Positions 1 to 9,493 of a stretch of 33,053 bases of DNA are shown piece after piece. The notes under the pieces are model-generated. The model saw only the letters and a program-made list of their open reading frames with translations. It searched no databases and was not told the origin of the DNA. The stretch's first letter is position 1; the number at the start of each line of letters is the position of its first letter. The position numbers were made by a program, and so were the translations under genes. The DNA lies in sequence record SRR31156797_3523; one strand, 5' to 3'.

Positions 1-1
1 A

Positions 2-508
2 GGATATCGCAAACTGGGGAGACCCACAGACCAGCGTTTGGCTATACTTCGAAATCAAGTTACAGCACTACTGGAAAATGGCAGTATTAAGACTACATTA
101 CATCGTGCTAAAGAAGTTAGAAGAATCGCTGAGAAGCTAATCACATTAGCTGTAAAAGAATGTGATAATGATATTAAAGTAACTAAGGACATAAAAAATG
201 CTAAAGGTCAGATTGAGCAGCTTGAAGTTGTAAACGATAGCCCCAGTAAACTTGCTGCACGCCGTAAGATTATGTCCAAAACATATGATGTAAAGCCACG
301 TCGTGAGGACGGTGAGAGCAAAACTCAATATAAAGAGCGTATGGACGGTATGAATCATCCGCTGGTTGAGAAAATGTTTAAGGAAATCGGACCTCATTAC
401 AAGGAAAGAGCCGAAGAGTCGGGTACAGGCGGCGGATATACACGTATCCTAAAACTTGGACCACGTAAAGGTGACGGCGCAGAAATGGTTATACTTGAGT
501 TAGTGTAA
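2..508 (+). CDS. rplQ: 50S ribosomal protein L17 (5'-truncated by window edge; long form with insertions)
   Basis: Frame is open from nt 2 ([18 protein letters not shown]..., the L17 N-terminal motif) to [25 protein letters not shown]. It precedes ecfAAT-truA as is typical in Firmicutes. The true start lies upstream of the window, not at the TTG at 38. Confidence 0.97.
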   Translation, partial: GYRKLGRPTDQRLAILRNQVTALLENGSIKTTLHRAKEVRRIAEKLITLAVKECDNDIKVTKDIKNAKGQIEQLEVVNDSPSKLAARRKIMSKTYDVKPRREDGESKTQYKERMDGMNHPLVEKMFKEIGPHYKERAEESGTGGGYTRILKLGPRKGDGAEMVILELV

Positions 509-531
509 TCTTGAAAAATAAAATTTATTTT

Positions 532-564
532 GAGGATTATAGGTTAACTTATAATCCTCTTTTT
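532..564 (+). terminator. Rho-independent terminator after rplQ
   Basis: GAGGATTATA-ggttaact-TATAATCCTC followed by TTTTT. Confidence 0.85.
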
Positions 565-580
565 GTAAATTGATGAAATT

Positions 581-589
581 TGTTATACT
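581..589 (+). promoter_or_regulatory. Possible extended -10 promoter for ecfA1
   Basis: TGTTATACT (TGn-TATACT) between the rplQ terminator and the ecfA1 start; no well-spaced -35. Confidence 0.4.
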
Positions 590-615
590 ATTAATAAAAA
601 TATAAAGGCATTGAT

Positions 616-1446
616 ATGAATAAAATCGTTTTTAACAACGTTACATATAAATATACAAACTATGAAGGAGAGCAAAAAATTGCTCTTAAAGATTTGTCAC
701 TTACTATAAATGAAGGTGAATTTATAGCTGTAGTAGGTTCAAATGGTGCGGGTAAATCTACATTGGCGAAGCATATAAATGCACTTTTAACACCTGATGA
801 AGGAAGTGTCGCAGTTAATAATTTGGATACAAAAGACCAAAAGAATCTTTGGAATATTAGGAAAGCTGTTGGTATGGTCTTTCAGAATCCTGATAATCAG
901 ATAGTCGCAACAATTATTGAAGATGATGTGGCTTTTGGTCCGGAAAATTTAGGCATTGCTCCTCAAGAAATCCGTAAGAGAGTAGACACAGCTCTTAGTA
1001 TTGTAGAGATGACAAAGTATAAAAACAAGGCATCAAATATGCTATCAGGAGGACAAAAGCAAAGAGTTGCTATTGCTGGTGTATTAGCTTTGGAGCCGGG
1101 AATAGTAGTTTTTGACGAATCAACTGCAATGCTTGACCCAAAGGGTAGAGCAGAAGTAATTCAAGTAGCAAAGACTCTCCATGAAAGCGGAAAGACAGTG
1201 ATATTAATAACACATTTTATGGATGAAGCAATGTTAGCTGACAGGATAGTTGTTATGTCAGACGGCAAAATAGTACTTAACGATAAACCCGAAGAAATAT
1301 TTACAAAATCTGATATTTTGGAAGAATTATCATTGACTATTCCTCCAGTTGTTAAGCTTAAAAAGAAATTAAAAGAAATCGGTATAGATGTTCCATACAG
1401 TCATGATTTGGATAATATTGTGGAGAAATTATGTCAACAGTTATAA
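616..1446 (+). CDS. ecfA1: Energy-coupling factor transporter ATPase A1
   Basis: Walker A GSNGAGKST, Q-loop VFQNPDNQ, signature LSGGQKQR, Walker B VVFDE; canonical synteny. Confidence 0.95.
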   Translation: MNKIVFNNVTYKYTNYEGEQKIALKDLSLTINEGEFIAVVGSNGAGKSTLAKHINALLTPDEGSVAVNNLDTKDQKNLWNIRKAVGMVFQNPDNQIVATIIEDDVAFGPENLGIAPQEIRKRVDTALSIVEMTKYKNKASNMLSGGQKQRVAIAGVLALEPGIVVFDESTAMLDPKGRAEVIQVAKTLHESGKTVILITHFMDEAMLADRIVVMSDGKIVLNDKPEEIFTKSDILEELSLTIPPVVKLKKKLKEIGIDVPYSHDLDNIVEKLCQQL

Positions 1447-2321
1447 TAGATAATATAGAAAATATAATCGAGTTTAATAATGTCAGCTATATTTATATGG
1501 AAAAAACCCCTTATGAAACCCGTGCGCTGGACAGCATTAACCTAATAATAGAAAAAGGTGAATTTATCGGTATCATCGGGCACACTGGAAGCGGGAAGAC
1601 TACATTGGTACAGCATATTAATGCTCTATTAGTACCTCACGATGGTAAAGTCGTAGTGAAGGGTATTGATACTTTAGAAGACAAAAAGATGCTTGCAAAA
1701 ATGCGTAAAACTGTTGGTTTGGTATTTCAATATCCAGAGTATCAGCTCTTTGAGGAAACAGTTATTCAGGACATTGGATTTGGCCCTAAGAACTTAGGAC
1801 TGGATGACGAAGAAATCAAAGCGAGAGTTGAACGTGCGCTAGTAAAAGTTGGTTTGGATATTGATGAAGTAGGAGAGAAATCGCCCTTTGAGTTATCAGG
1901 CGGTCAGAAGCGAAGAGTTGCTTTTGCCGGAGTTATCGCTATGGAACCTGATGTACTAATTTTGGATGAACCTACGGCAGGACTAGATCCGGAGGGTAGG
2001 GAGAGCGTACTCGAATTGCTGAACACGTTGAATAAAGACAGCAATATGACCATTATAATGATCAGCCACTACATGGATGAGGTTGCAAAGTCTGCAAGCC
2101 GTGTTATAGTAATGGATAAGGGGAAAATCGTGATGGATGATATACCGAGGAAAGTATTTGCTCGATACGATGAACTTAAATCTATGGGGTTAGACGTTCC
2201 ATTCACAGCTAAAGTGGGTAATAAAATGAGTAACCTTGGCATTAATCTAGAAAGTACGCCACTGAGTATTGATGAGCTTATTATAGAGATAAAGAAACTT
2301 ACAGGAGAAGATAATGCTTAA
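1431..2321 (+). CDS. ecfA2: Energy-coupling factor transporter ATPase A2
   Basis: GHTGSGKTT, VFQYPEYQLFEETV, SPFELSGGQKRRVA, LILDEPTAGLDP. Confidence 0.95.
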   Translation: MSTVIIDNIENIIEFNNVSYIYMEKTPYETRALDSINLIIEKGEFIGIIGHTGSGKTTLVQHINALLVPHDGKVVVKGIDTLEDKKMLAKMRKTVGLVFQYPEYQLFEETVIQDIGFGPKNLGLDDEEIKARVERALVKVGLDIDEVGEKSPFELSGGQKRRVAFAGVIAMEPDVLILDEPTAGLDPEGRESVLELLNTLNKDSNMTIIMISHYMDEVAKSASRVIVMDKGKIVMDDIPRKVFARYDELKSMGLDVPFTAKVGNKMSNLGINLESTPLSIDELIIEIKKLTGEDNA

Positions 2322-3120
2322 AAATATTACAATTGGTCAGTTTTTTCCTGGTGACTCAGTAATCCACAGAGCTGACCCTAGAACGAAGATAGTACTTGTT
2401 ACATTCTATATAGTTGGAATATTCTTAGTAAAATCATTCTGGGCATATGCACTGATAACGGTGTTTTTATTCTATGTCATAAGCCTTACTAAGATTCCTC
2501 TTAGTTATATATTAAAGGGAATAAAGCCTATATTCTTTATTATACTTATTACATTTTTCCTTAATGTATTAATGGGACAGGGAGAGGATGTATTGGTTAA
2601 GTTCTGGAGGATAACTATCTATCGAGAAGGACTTTACTTAGGATTCTATTTTGCTGTAAGGCTGCTTCTTTTGGTAATTGGCTCTCAGGTACTGACACTA
2701 TCAACATCCCCGTTGGCACTTACTGACGGGCTGGAGCATCTCCTTAATCCTTTGAAAAAGATAGGATTGCCTGTTCATGAACTTGCAATGATGATGACAA
2801 TTGCTATAAGGTTTATTCCAACTCTTTTGAATGAAACTGATAAGATAATGAAAGCGCAGATGAGCCGTGGTGCAGACTTTGAAAGCGGAAATATAATAAA
2901 TCGTGCAAAAGCGTTAGTTCCAGTAATGATACCTCTTTTTATTTCTGCATTTAAGCGTGCGGACGAACTGGCACTTGCTATGGAATCCAGATGCTACAGA
3001 GGAGGAGAAGGCAGAACAAGAATGAACAGGCTTCAGTTTTCATCTGCTGATATTATTGTTACTCTGGCATTTATAATTATGGCTGCGGCTATTATAGCTT
3101 TGGAAATTTTTGTGACATGA
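2314..3120 (+). CDS. ecfT: ECF transporter transmembrane component T
   Basis: IGQFFPGDSVIHRADPRTK N-terminus, IAIRFIPTL, AQMSRG and AMESRCY motifs, multiple hydrophobic helices. Confidence 0.95.
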   Translation: MLKNITIGQFFPGDSVIHRADPRTKIVLVTFYIVGIFLVKSFWAYALITVFLFYVISLTKIPLSYILKGIKPIFFIILITFFLNVLMGQGEDVLVKFWRITIYREGLYLGFYFAVRLLLLVIGSQVLTLSTSPLALTDGLEHLLNPLKKIGLPVHELAMMMTIAIRFIPTLLNETDKIMKAQMSRGADFESGNIINRAKALVPVMIPLFISAFKRADELALAMESRCYRGGEGRTRMNRLQFSSADIIVTLAFIIMAAAIIALEIFVT

Positions 3121-3851
3121 AGCGTATAAAGGTAATAGTCGAATATGACGGTACGAACTATGCCGGCTGGCAAAGGCAGGAGAATGCCATTGCAATTCAG
3201 CAGATTATTGAGGAGACATTATATAAATTAACAGGTAGAACTATAGTTATTTATGGTGCAGGAAGAACTGATACAGGCGTACATGCTTACGGTCAGGTTT
3301 TTCATTTTGATGATGATACTATGCCTCCTGAGAGATATGCAGGAGCTCTTAATTCTAAACTACCTTTTGATATTCGAGCTATCAGTTCCTGTGAAGTTAA
3401 TAAGGACTTTCACTCCAGATTCGATGCAAAAGGTAAAACATATGTATATAATATCATAAACGTAAATAAACCTATTGCCATAAAGCGTAACTATGCATGG
3501 AAAGTATTTCAAACACTTGATATAACTCGGATGAGAGATGGGGCAAAGCATTTAATAGGTGAACATGATTTTGCTAGTTTTATGGCGGCAAGAAGCTTTG
3601 TACATACTTCTGTCAGAAGGATTGACAAGGTAGATATTGAAAAAGATGGTGATAATATTACTATTACTATTACTGGTAATGGTTTCCTTCGGTCTATGGT
3701 AAGAATTATTGCAGGTACACTGGTTGAAATAGGCTATGGAAAACGGAATCCAGAGGATATGATTGAAATTATTAATGCAAGATGCAGGAAAGCGGCAGGT
3801 ATTACTGCCCCAAGCTGTGGATTGTATTTGATGGAAGTATATTATGATTAA
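3117..3851 (+). CDS. truA: tRNA pseudouridine(38-40) synthase TruA
   Basis: YDGTNYAGWQRQ, catalytic GAGRTDTGVHA, GEHDFASF, GNGFLRSMVRII. Confidence 0.97.
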   Translation: MKRIKVIVEYDGTNYAGWQRQENAIAIQQIIEETLYKLTGRTIVIYGAGRTDTGVHAYGQVFHFDDDTMPPERYAGALNSKLPFDIRAISSCEVNKDFHSRFDAKGKTYVYNIINVNKPIAIKRNYAWKVFQTLDITRMRDGAKHLIGEHDFASFMAARSFVHTSVRRIDKVDIEKDGDNITITITGNGFLRSMVRIIAGTLVEIGYGKRNPEDMIEIINARCRKAAGITAPSCGLYLMEVYYD

Positions 3852-3875
3852 AAAGACTGCTTTATAAGCAGTCTT
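3850..3875. terminator. Likely bidirectional terminator between convergent truA and serpin
   Basis: 10-bp stem AAGACTGCTT-tat-AAGCAGTCTT; the A-run on the left gives a U-tract on the minus strand. Confidence 0.75.
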
Positions 3876-3879
3876 AATT

Positions 3880-5133
3880 CTATTGTTCAATAGGATTACT
3901 CATTGCACCAAGCAGAAGTATTCCACTGGTTTCCTCATCAATAAGTGCAAATACAAATGATCGCTGAACCTTGAAGAAATCCTCATTATTATTATTAGCC
4001 CTGGTTATGTCAACTGGCATAATGTCAGATTCTACTAGCCCTGTTTCCTCAATTCTTATCTGTGCAGTCTGATAGAATTCACTCAGATATAAGTTCCTGC
4101 CTATGTTTTCTAAGCTGGCATTTTCAGCATCAAATATATCGACTGCTCCCATTGCCTTTAATTCATTTGACAGTTCCAAAGTACGAGGAGTAGAAAATGT
4201 TACCTTTGGTATATAGAGCCATTTCTCCACATCATAGGCTAGGGTTCTCCATAATATCAAATCCTCACCTGTGAATTTTTCTAAGAATTTTTCCAGTGTA
4301 TCGTCACCAGGCGGTATCAGAATTGCTAGAGTTGTCTGTCCGCCAGCAAGAGGCAGGAAGCCAACAGTAACATCTTCGCTTTCATAATATCCAATTTCCA
4401 TTTTACCTCTTAAGGTAGGTACTGCAATACTATCGCCTGCATCTGTTGTAAAGGGTAGTGTTCTGGTATTCGCTGTATTAAAAGCCATATCCCATATGCA
4501 CTCGACAGCACTTACTGAAAGCAGAAATGAATTGTAATCATGATTTATTGCATCTTCTCCAAAAACAGAGTCTATTCGTCCTGATGTGGCTTCTACAGCC
4601 CATTCGTTAATATCTGTTTCAAGTTCATCATTATCAAATTGAACAAAATCCAGATTCAGCTTGAAGTAGTCTTCCATTCGTACTGCAAAGTCCTCTCTGA
4701 TAGATGGTCCTTCATTGACGTATAATGAGAAACTATTGTCAAACCATACACCGTCCATCTGCAGTAGTTCCTGCATAACTGCGCTGGATGTTGATGTCAA
4801 AGAATTCGCATCGCCAAGATTCATATCCAGAGCAGTTTCTATCCCCTCCAAAGTACCATCTTGTGCACCTATTCCGAACATAGTAAGTGCGATACCAATC
4901 ATAATAGGATTGATAACGTAGTTACCTTCACCGCCTCTTACCTGCTTTAGTAGTGCAATAGAGAAGTCGTTATATGTAGTAAGGTCTACTGTATCTGTTA
5001 AAATAATTGGTTCGGGGGTAGGCGTTGCCTCAATTTCAGGCTGTGAGGAATTACAGCCTGATAGTATAGTACTAACTAGTATTATAAATATTAAAATAAT
5101 TGTTATAGTTGGTTTGTTTCTTGTATTTTTCAT
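3880..5133 (-). CDS. Serpin-family lipoprotein (degenerate hinge)
   Basis: Lipobox LSGC after a hydrophobic stretch. Serpin-like segments: NDFSIALLKQ, INEWAVEATSGRID, WDMAFNTANTRTLPF, LYIPK, LKAMGAVDIFD and C-terminal FKVQRSFVFALIDEETSGILLLGAMSNP. Confidence 0.85.
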   Translation of the reverse strand: MKNTRNKPTITIILIFIILVSTILSGCNSSQPEIEATPTPEPIILTDTVDLTTYNDFSIALLKQVRGGEGNYVINPIMIGIALTMFGIGAQDGTLEGIETALDMNLGDANSLTSTSSAVMQELLQMDGVWFDNSFSLYVNEGPSIREDFAVRMEDYFKLNLDFVQFDNDELETDINEWAVEATSGRIDSVFGEDAINHDYNSFLLSVSAVECIWDMAFNTANTRTLPFTTDAGDSIAVPTLRGKMEIGYYESEDVTVGFLPLAGGQTTLAILIPPGDDTLEKFLEKFTGEDLILWRTLAYDVEKWLYIPKVTFSTPRTLELSNELKAMGAVDIFDAENASLENIGRNLYLSEFYQTAQIRIEETGLVESDIMPVDITRANNNNEDFFKVQRSFVFALIDEETSGILLLGAMSNPIEQ

Positions 5134-5221
5134 GTTATAAGTATATCATAGAATAGATGGTTTGTGTTTACAAATACTATTACTAAATATCCGATTTTTA
5201 AAAAGAAAGGCTGGTAAGATT

Positions 5222-5758
5222 ATGAAAGACTTAACAGGCACAAAAACATTGGACAACCTAAAGGCAGCATTCAGCGGTGAATCAGAAGCTAGAAATAAGT
5301 ACACTTATTTTGCAAGCACAGCAAAAAAAGAAGGCTATGTGCAGATTGCAAAATTCTTTGAAGAGACTGCTGCAAACGAAAAGGAACATGCTGAAATATG
5401 GTTTAAATTAATGAATGGCATTGGTACTACAAAGGAAAATCTGCTAGCAGGTGCATCAGGTGAACTTTATGAGCATAGCGAAATGTATCCTATAATGGCA
5501 AAGGAAGCTCGAGAAGAGGGATTTGAAGCAATAGCAGTATTATTTGAAGGCGTTGCAGCTATTGAAAAAGAACACGAAGCAAGATACAGAGCACTTCTCA
5601 AAAACATTGAAGATAATAAAGTATTTGAAAAAGACGAAGAAATCACTTGGATATGTTCCAACTGTGGACATAAGCATACTGGGATAAGCGCTCCTACTGT
5701 ATGTCCAGTTTGTGCGCATGCACAAGGCTATTTTCAAATGGATTGTAAGAACTATTAA
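5222..5758 (+). CDS. rbr: Rubrerythrin
   Basis: NLKAAFSGESEARNKYTYFA, EKEHA and EKEHE diiron ExxH motifs, C-terminal rubredoxin CSNCG...CPVC. ATG at 5222 preceded by GAAAGG is preferred over the TTG at 5162. Confidence 0.95.
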   Translation: MKDLTGTKTLDNLKAAFSGESEARNKYTYFASTAKKEGYVQIAKFFEETAANEKEHAEIWFKLMNGIGTTKENLLAGASGELYEHSEMYPIMAKEAREEGFEAIAVLFEGVAAIEKEHEARYRALLKNIEDNKVFEKDEEITWICSNCGHKHTGISAPTVCPVCAHAQGYFQMDCKNY

Positions 5759-5804
5759 ACAATTAATCAATCGTAATATTATGAGGTATCTATCTATTTT
5801 ATTG

Positions 5805-5859
5805 TTGACTTTATGGATAAAGTGTAGTACACTGTCAAGGCAAAATACTTGACAGTGTA
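5805..5859 (+). promoter_or_regulatory. SigA-type promoter of ylxM-ffh operon overlapped by a 12-bp perfect inverted repeat
   Basis: TTGACT(5805-5810)-17 bp-TACACT(5828-5833); IR TACACTGTCAAG-N8-CTTGACAGTGTA at 5828-5859. Confidence 0.7.
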
Positions 5860-5868
5860 TGGTGTTTT

Positions 5869-6219
5869 ATGAGTGATAATATTAGAATGAATTATCTGCT
5901 GGATCATTACAGCAGTCTGTTGACTGACAGGCAAAAGGATGTGATGGAGCTGCACTTTGGTGAAGATTTGTCATTATCTGAGATTGCAGAGGAATTAAAA
6001 ATTTCTCGTCAGGCTGTTCATGATTCTATACAGCGTGGAGAAGCAAAGCTGAACGAATTGGAAACAAAACTGGGATTTGCAAAGCTGCATAGAAAGATAC
6101 AGTCAACCATAGAGATGGCTAGAGATGCTGTAAACAGCATTGACAAAAGAGACAATGAATCATGGGAAAAGCTGACGCAGGTAGTTGAGTGGCTTGACCA
6201 GATTGACATGGATAAATAA
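5869..6219 (+). CDS. ylxM: YlxM/UPF0122 family HTH protein (sigma-70 region 4-like)
   Basis: LLDHYSSLLTDRQ...EDLSLSEIAEELKISRQAVHDSIQRG; directly upstream of ffh. Confidence 0.93.
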   Translation: MSDNIRMNYLLDHYSSLLTDRQKDVMELHFGEDLSLSEIAEELKISRQAVHDSIQRGEAKLNELETKLGFAKLHRKIQSTIEMARDAVNSIDKRDNESWEKLTQVVEWLDQIDMDK

Positions 6220-6230
6220 AGGATATTTAA

Positions 6231-7562
6231 ATGGCATTTGAAGGCTTAACAGAGAAGCTAAATGCAGTATTTAGCAGAATAAAGGCTAGAGGTAAATTAT
6301 CAGAAGCCGATGTTAAGGAGGCGATGCGGGAAGTTCGCAGAGCACTCCTAGAAGCAGACGTTAACTTTTTGGTAGCAAAGAAGTTTGTAAAAGCCGTTTC
6401 TGAGAGAGCTGTAGGCACTGAAGTTATGGAGTCATTGACTCCGGGGCAGCAGGTAATTAAGATAGTTAATCAGGAACTGACAAATATAATGGGCAAAAAG
6501 AGGGAGAAAATCGTTTATTCCTCTAATCCTCCCACTGTAATATTAATGTGCGGTTTACAGGGTGCTGGTAAAACAACAATGTGTGCAAAGCTTGCAAAAC
6601 ATATGAAGGAAAAGGACCATAAGCGTCCGATGATCGCAGCATGTGATATTTACCGTCCTGCAGCTATAGATCAATTGAAGGTAATTGGTGAACAAGCTGG
6701 TGTACCAGTATTCGAAATGGGTCAGAAAGATCCTGTGAAAATAGCTAAGGAAGCACTAAGAGCAGCAAAAAAGGACGGTCGTGATGTATTAATAGTTGAT
6801 ACAGCAGGTCGTCTTCATATAGATGAAACTTTGATGGGTGAATTAAAGAACATCAAGAAAGCTATAAAGCCAGATGAAGTTATGCTGGTAGTTGATGCTA
6901 TGACGGGTCAGGATGCCGTAAATGCCGCAAAGGCGTTTGATGAGGCTATGGAAATTGATGGTGTTATTCTTACAAAATTAGATGGTGATGCCAGAGGCGG
7001 TGCGGCACTTAGTGTGCGTGAAGTAACTGGAAAGCCAATTAAATACGCTGGTATCGGTGAAAAGCTTGAAGATATTGAGCCATTTCATCCAGACAGAATG
7101 GCATCCAGAATTCTTGGTATGGGTGATGTACTTTCATTAATTGAAAAGGCAGAAGCCAGCTTTGACGATAAGAAATCCAAAGAACTAAATGAGAAAATGC
7201 GAAAAGCATCATTTACCTTAGAGGATTTCCTTGATCAGTTTGAGCAGATGAACAAAATGGGCGGTATGGGAGCAATTATGAGTATGCTTCCAGGTGGTGC
7301 AAATATTAATGCAGATTCTATTGATGATAAGCAGTTAGGCAGAACTAAGGCTATAATATTGTCAATGACCAAAAAGGAAAGAAGAAATCCAAAGATACTG
7401 AATGCTTCAAGAAAAAAGAGAATTGCAAGAGGATGCGGACAAGAGGTACAGGATATTAACCGTCTTATAAAGCAATTCGAAGCTACAAAGAAGCTGATGA
7501 AACAATTTACTAATAAGAGAGGCAGAGGACGCGGCGGTATGCCGTTTAATATGCCCTTTTAG
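6231..7562 (+). CDS. ffh: Signal recognition particle protein Ffh
   Basis: GLQGAGKTT, DTAGR, TKLDGDARGGAALS, FHPDRMASRILGMGD, Met-rich M domain. Confidence 0.98.
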   Translation: MAFEGLTEKLNAVFSRIKARGKLSEADVKEAMREVRRALLEADVNFLVAKKFVKAVSERAVGTEVMESLTPGQQVIKIVNQELTNIMGKKREKIVYSSNPPTVILMCGLQGAGKTTMCAKLAKHMKEKDHKRPMIAACDIYRPAAIDQLKVIGEQAGVPVFEMGQKDPVKIAKEALRAAKKDGRDVLIVDTAGRLHIDETLMGELKNIKKAIKPDEVMLVVDAMTGQDAVNAAKAFDEAMEIDGVILTKLDGDARGGAALSVREVTGKPIKYAGIGEKLEDIEPFHPDRMASRILGMGDVLSLIEKAEASFDDKKSKELNEKMRKASFTLEDFLDQFEQMNKMGGMGAIMSMLPGGANINADSIDDKQLGRTKAIILSMTKKERRNPKILNASRKKRIARGCGQEVQDINRLIKQFEATKKLMKQFTNKRGRGRGGMPFNMPF

Positions 7563-7614
7563 ATAAAAACAATTAAAAGGACGCAGCAAAATGCGCCACA
7601 GAAAGGAACAAACT

Positions 7615-7857
7615 ATGGCAGTAAAATTAAGATTAAAGAGAATGGGTGCAAAGAAGAAGCCATTTTATCGTATAGTTGCAGCTGACTCCAGAGCTCCTAG
7701 AGACGGTAAATTTATTGAACAAATCGGTTACTTTAACCCAATGACTGAGCCAAATGAATTGAAAATCGATGCTGAAAAAGCAGAAAAATGGCTCAAGACA
7801 GGTGCGCAGCCAACAGATACAGTTAAAGCATTGCTAAAGAAACAAGACATACTTTAA
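7615..7857 (+). CDS. rpsP: 30S ribosomal protein S16
   Basis: [40 protein letters not shown] upstream of ATG 7615. Confidence 0.98.
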   Translation: MAVKLRLKRMGAKKKPFYRIVAADSRAPRDGKFIEQIGYFNPMTEPNELKIDAEKAEKWLKTGAQPTDTVKALLKKQDIL

Positions 7858-7883
7858 TACAACAACAGGTAAGGAAAATAATA

Positions 7884-8123
7884 ATGGATAGAACAAAAGA
7901 ATTGGTTGAATATGTTGCTCGGTCCCTAGTTAGTGAACCGGATGAAGTTGTTGTAAACAGAGTGGAAAAAGACAAACTTGTTGTTCTAGAATTACGTGTT
8001 GCACCAGATGATATGGGCAGAGTTATTGGAAAACAAGGAAGAATTGCTAAGGCTATAAGAACCTTGGTACGTTCAGCAACAAATCATGCAAGCAAAAAAT
8101 ACGTAGTGGAAATACTTGATTAA
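7884..8123 (+). CDS. khpA: KH-domain RNA-binding protein KhpA (YlqC)
   Basis: DMGRVIGKQGRIAKAIR GxxG KH motif; located between rpsP and rimM. Confidence 0.95.
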   Translation: MDRTKELVEYVARSLVSEPDEVVVNRVEKDKLVVLELRVAPDDMGRVIGKQGRIAKAIRTLVRSATNHASKKYVVEILD

Positions 8124-8124
8124 A

Positions 8125-8637
8125 ATGGGTAGAATGAATTTCCTAGTAGGTAAAGTTCTGAAAGCACAAGGCATTAAGGGTGAGGTAAAAGTACAGTCCT
8201 ATATGGATACTTCTGATGTTTTGTGCAGTTTGCCATATTTAATAATTGATGGTAAAAGGTATCTGATACAAAAATCAAGACGGGATAAAAACTCCGCTGT
8301 TTTGTTGTTGGATGACATTACTGACAGAAATACTGCTGAACTTCTTAGTAATAAGAATATTTATGTGGAAAAACAAGATGCACCAGAGCCTGAGGAAGGT
8401 ATGCACTATATTGATGATTTACTTGGATGCAAGGTATCAGATGATGAGGGTGCTGAAATCGGAAAATTGACTGATATACTCCAAAGCGGTGCTGTAGATG
8501 TATATACTATAAAGAATAACCAGGGAATTATTATGATACCTGCTCTAAAGACTGTGATAAAAGAAATAGACATTGCTGACAAGAGGATTATTTTGATAAA
8601 AGATAAGCTAGAGGAAGTTGCAGTATATGAATATTAA
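8125..8637 (+). CDS. rimM: Ribosome maturation factor RimM
   Basis: VGKVLKAQGIKGEVKV, HYIDDLLGCKV, DILQSGAVDVY. Start is uncertain (8125 or 8134). Confidence 0.93.
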   Translation: MGRMNFLVGKVLKAQGIKGEVKVQSYMDTSDVLCSLPYLIIDGKRYLIQKSRRDKNSAVLLLDDITDRNTAELLSNKNIYVEKQDAPEPEEGMHYIDDLLGCKVSDDEGAEIGKLTDILQSGAVDVYTIKNNQGIIMIPALKTVIKEIDIADKRIILIKDKLEEVAVYEY

Positions 8638-9367
8638 TGTTCTTACACTTTTTCCAGATTTGATTGATAATTATTTTACTCACTCCATTGGGCAAAGAGC
8701 AGTAAGCAATGATTTGATAAAAGTAAATACACTTAATATCAGAGATTTTACCAATGATAAGCATGGTAAGGTGGATGATACACCATACGGAGGCGGTTCA
8801 GGTATGCTGATGACACCACAGCCTCTTTTTGATAGCGTCGATTTTGTTAAAAGTAAAGAACCAGAATCATATGTGATTTACCTTTCGCCTAGGGGTAAGG
8901 TCTTAACCAATACTATTGCAAGAGAACTGGCACAGTATAAATCTATTACATTCGTATGTGGTCATTATGAGGGAGTTGACCAGAGATTTATCAACCAAAA
9001 GGTTGATATGGAATTATCTATTGGAGATTATGTATTGACCGGCGGTGAATTAGCTTCGCTTGTAGCTATAGATGCAATCATGCGATTTATCCCTGGAGTT
9101 TTGGGAGCAGACAATGTTCATGATGAGGAGAGTTTTGAGGATTATCTACTTGAATATCCCCAGTATACCAGACCATTTACCTACTCTAATGAGGATGTAC
9201 CTGAAGTTCTTATATCAGGTCACCATGCAAATATAAAGAAGTGGCAGAGAGAGAAACAATTGGAGATTACGAAGAAGATGCGCCCTGATTTACTCAATAA
9301 AGCAAGTCTATCTGCAGAAGATAAAAAATATTTAGCCAAAATCCACTCAGAAACCTCTGACGAATGA
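8627..9367 (+). CDS. trmD: tRNA (guanine37-N1)-methyltransferase TrmD
   Basis: MNINVLTLFP, VDDTPYGGGSGM, CGHYEGVDQR, SIGDYVLTGGE, LEYPQYTRP; SD GAGG upstream of ATG 8627. Confidence 0.97.
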   Translation: MNINVLTLFPDLIDNYFTHSIGQRAVSNDLIKVNTLNIRDFTNDKHGKVDDTPYGGGSGMLMTPQPLFDSVDFVKSKEPESYVIYLSPRGKVLTNTIARELAQYKSITFVCGHYEGVDQRFINQKVDMELSIGDYVLTGGELASLVAIDAIMRFIPGVLGADNVHDEESFEDYLLEYPQYTRPFTYSNEDVPEVLISGHHANIKKWQREKQLEITKKMRPDLLNKASLSAEDKKYLAKIHSETSDE

Positions 9368-9493
9368 TTTTAATTTCACTTAATTAAATAATAAATACAT
9401 AATACAATCTTTTCACCCAAGTGAATATATGCTATTATTATCGCATATATATAACTAATATTTAATGTACTTTATAATATTGAAGCGATAATA

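Noticed and set aside
146-397. Antisense or alternate-frame short ORFs in the track (e.g. 146-397, 3552-3890, 14371-14763, 16379-16819, 19337-19735, 23595-23906, 31521-31805)
   Set aside because: They overlap well-supported genes, mostly on the opposite strand, and show no recognisable motifs; shadow ORFs
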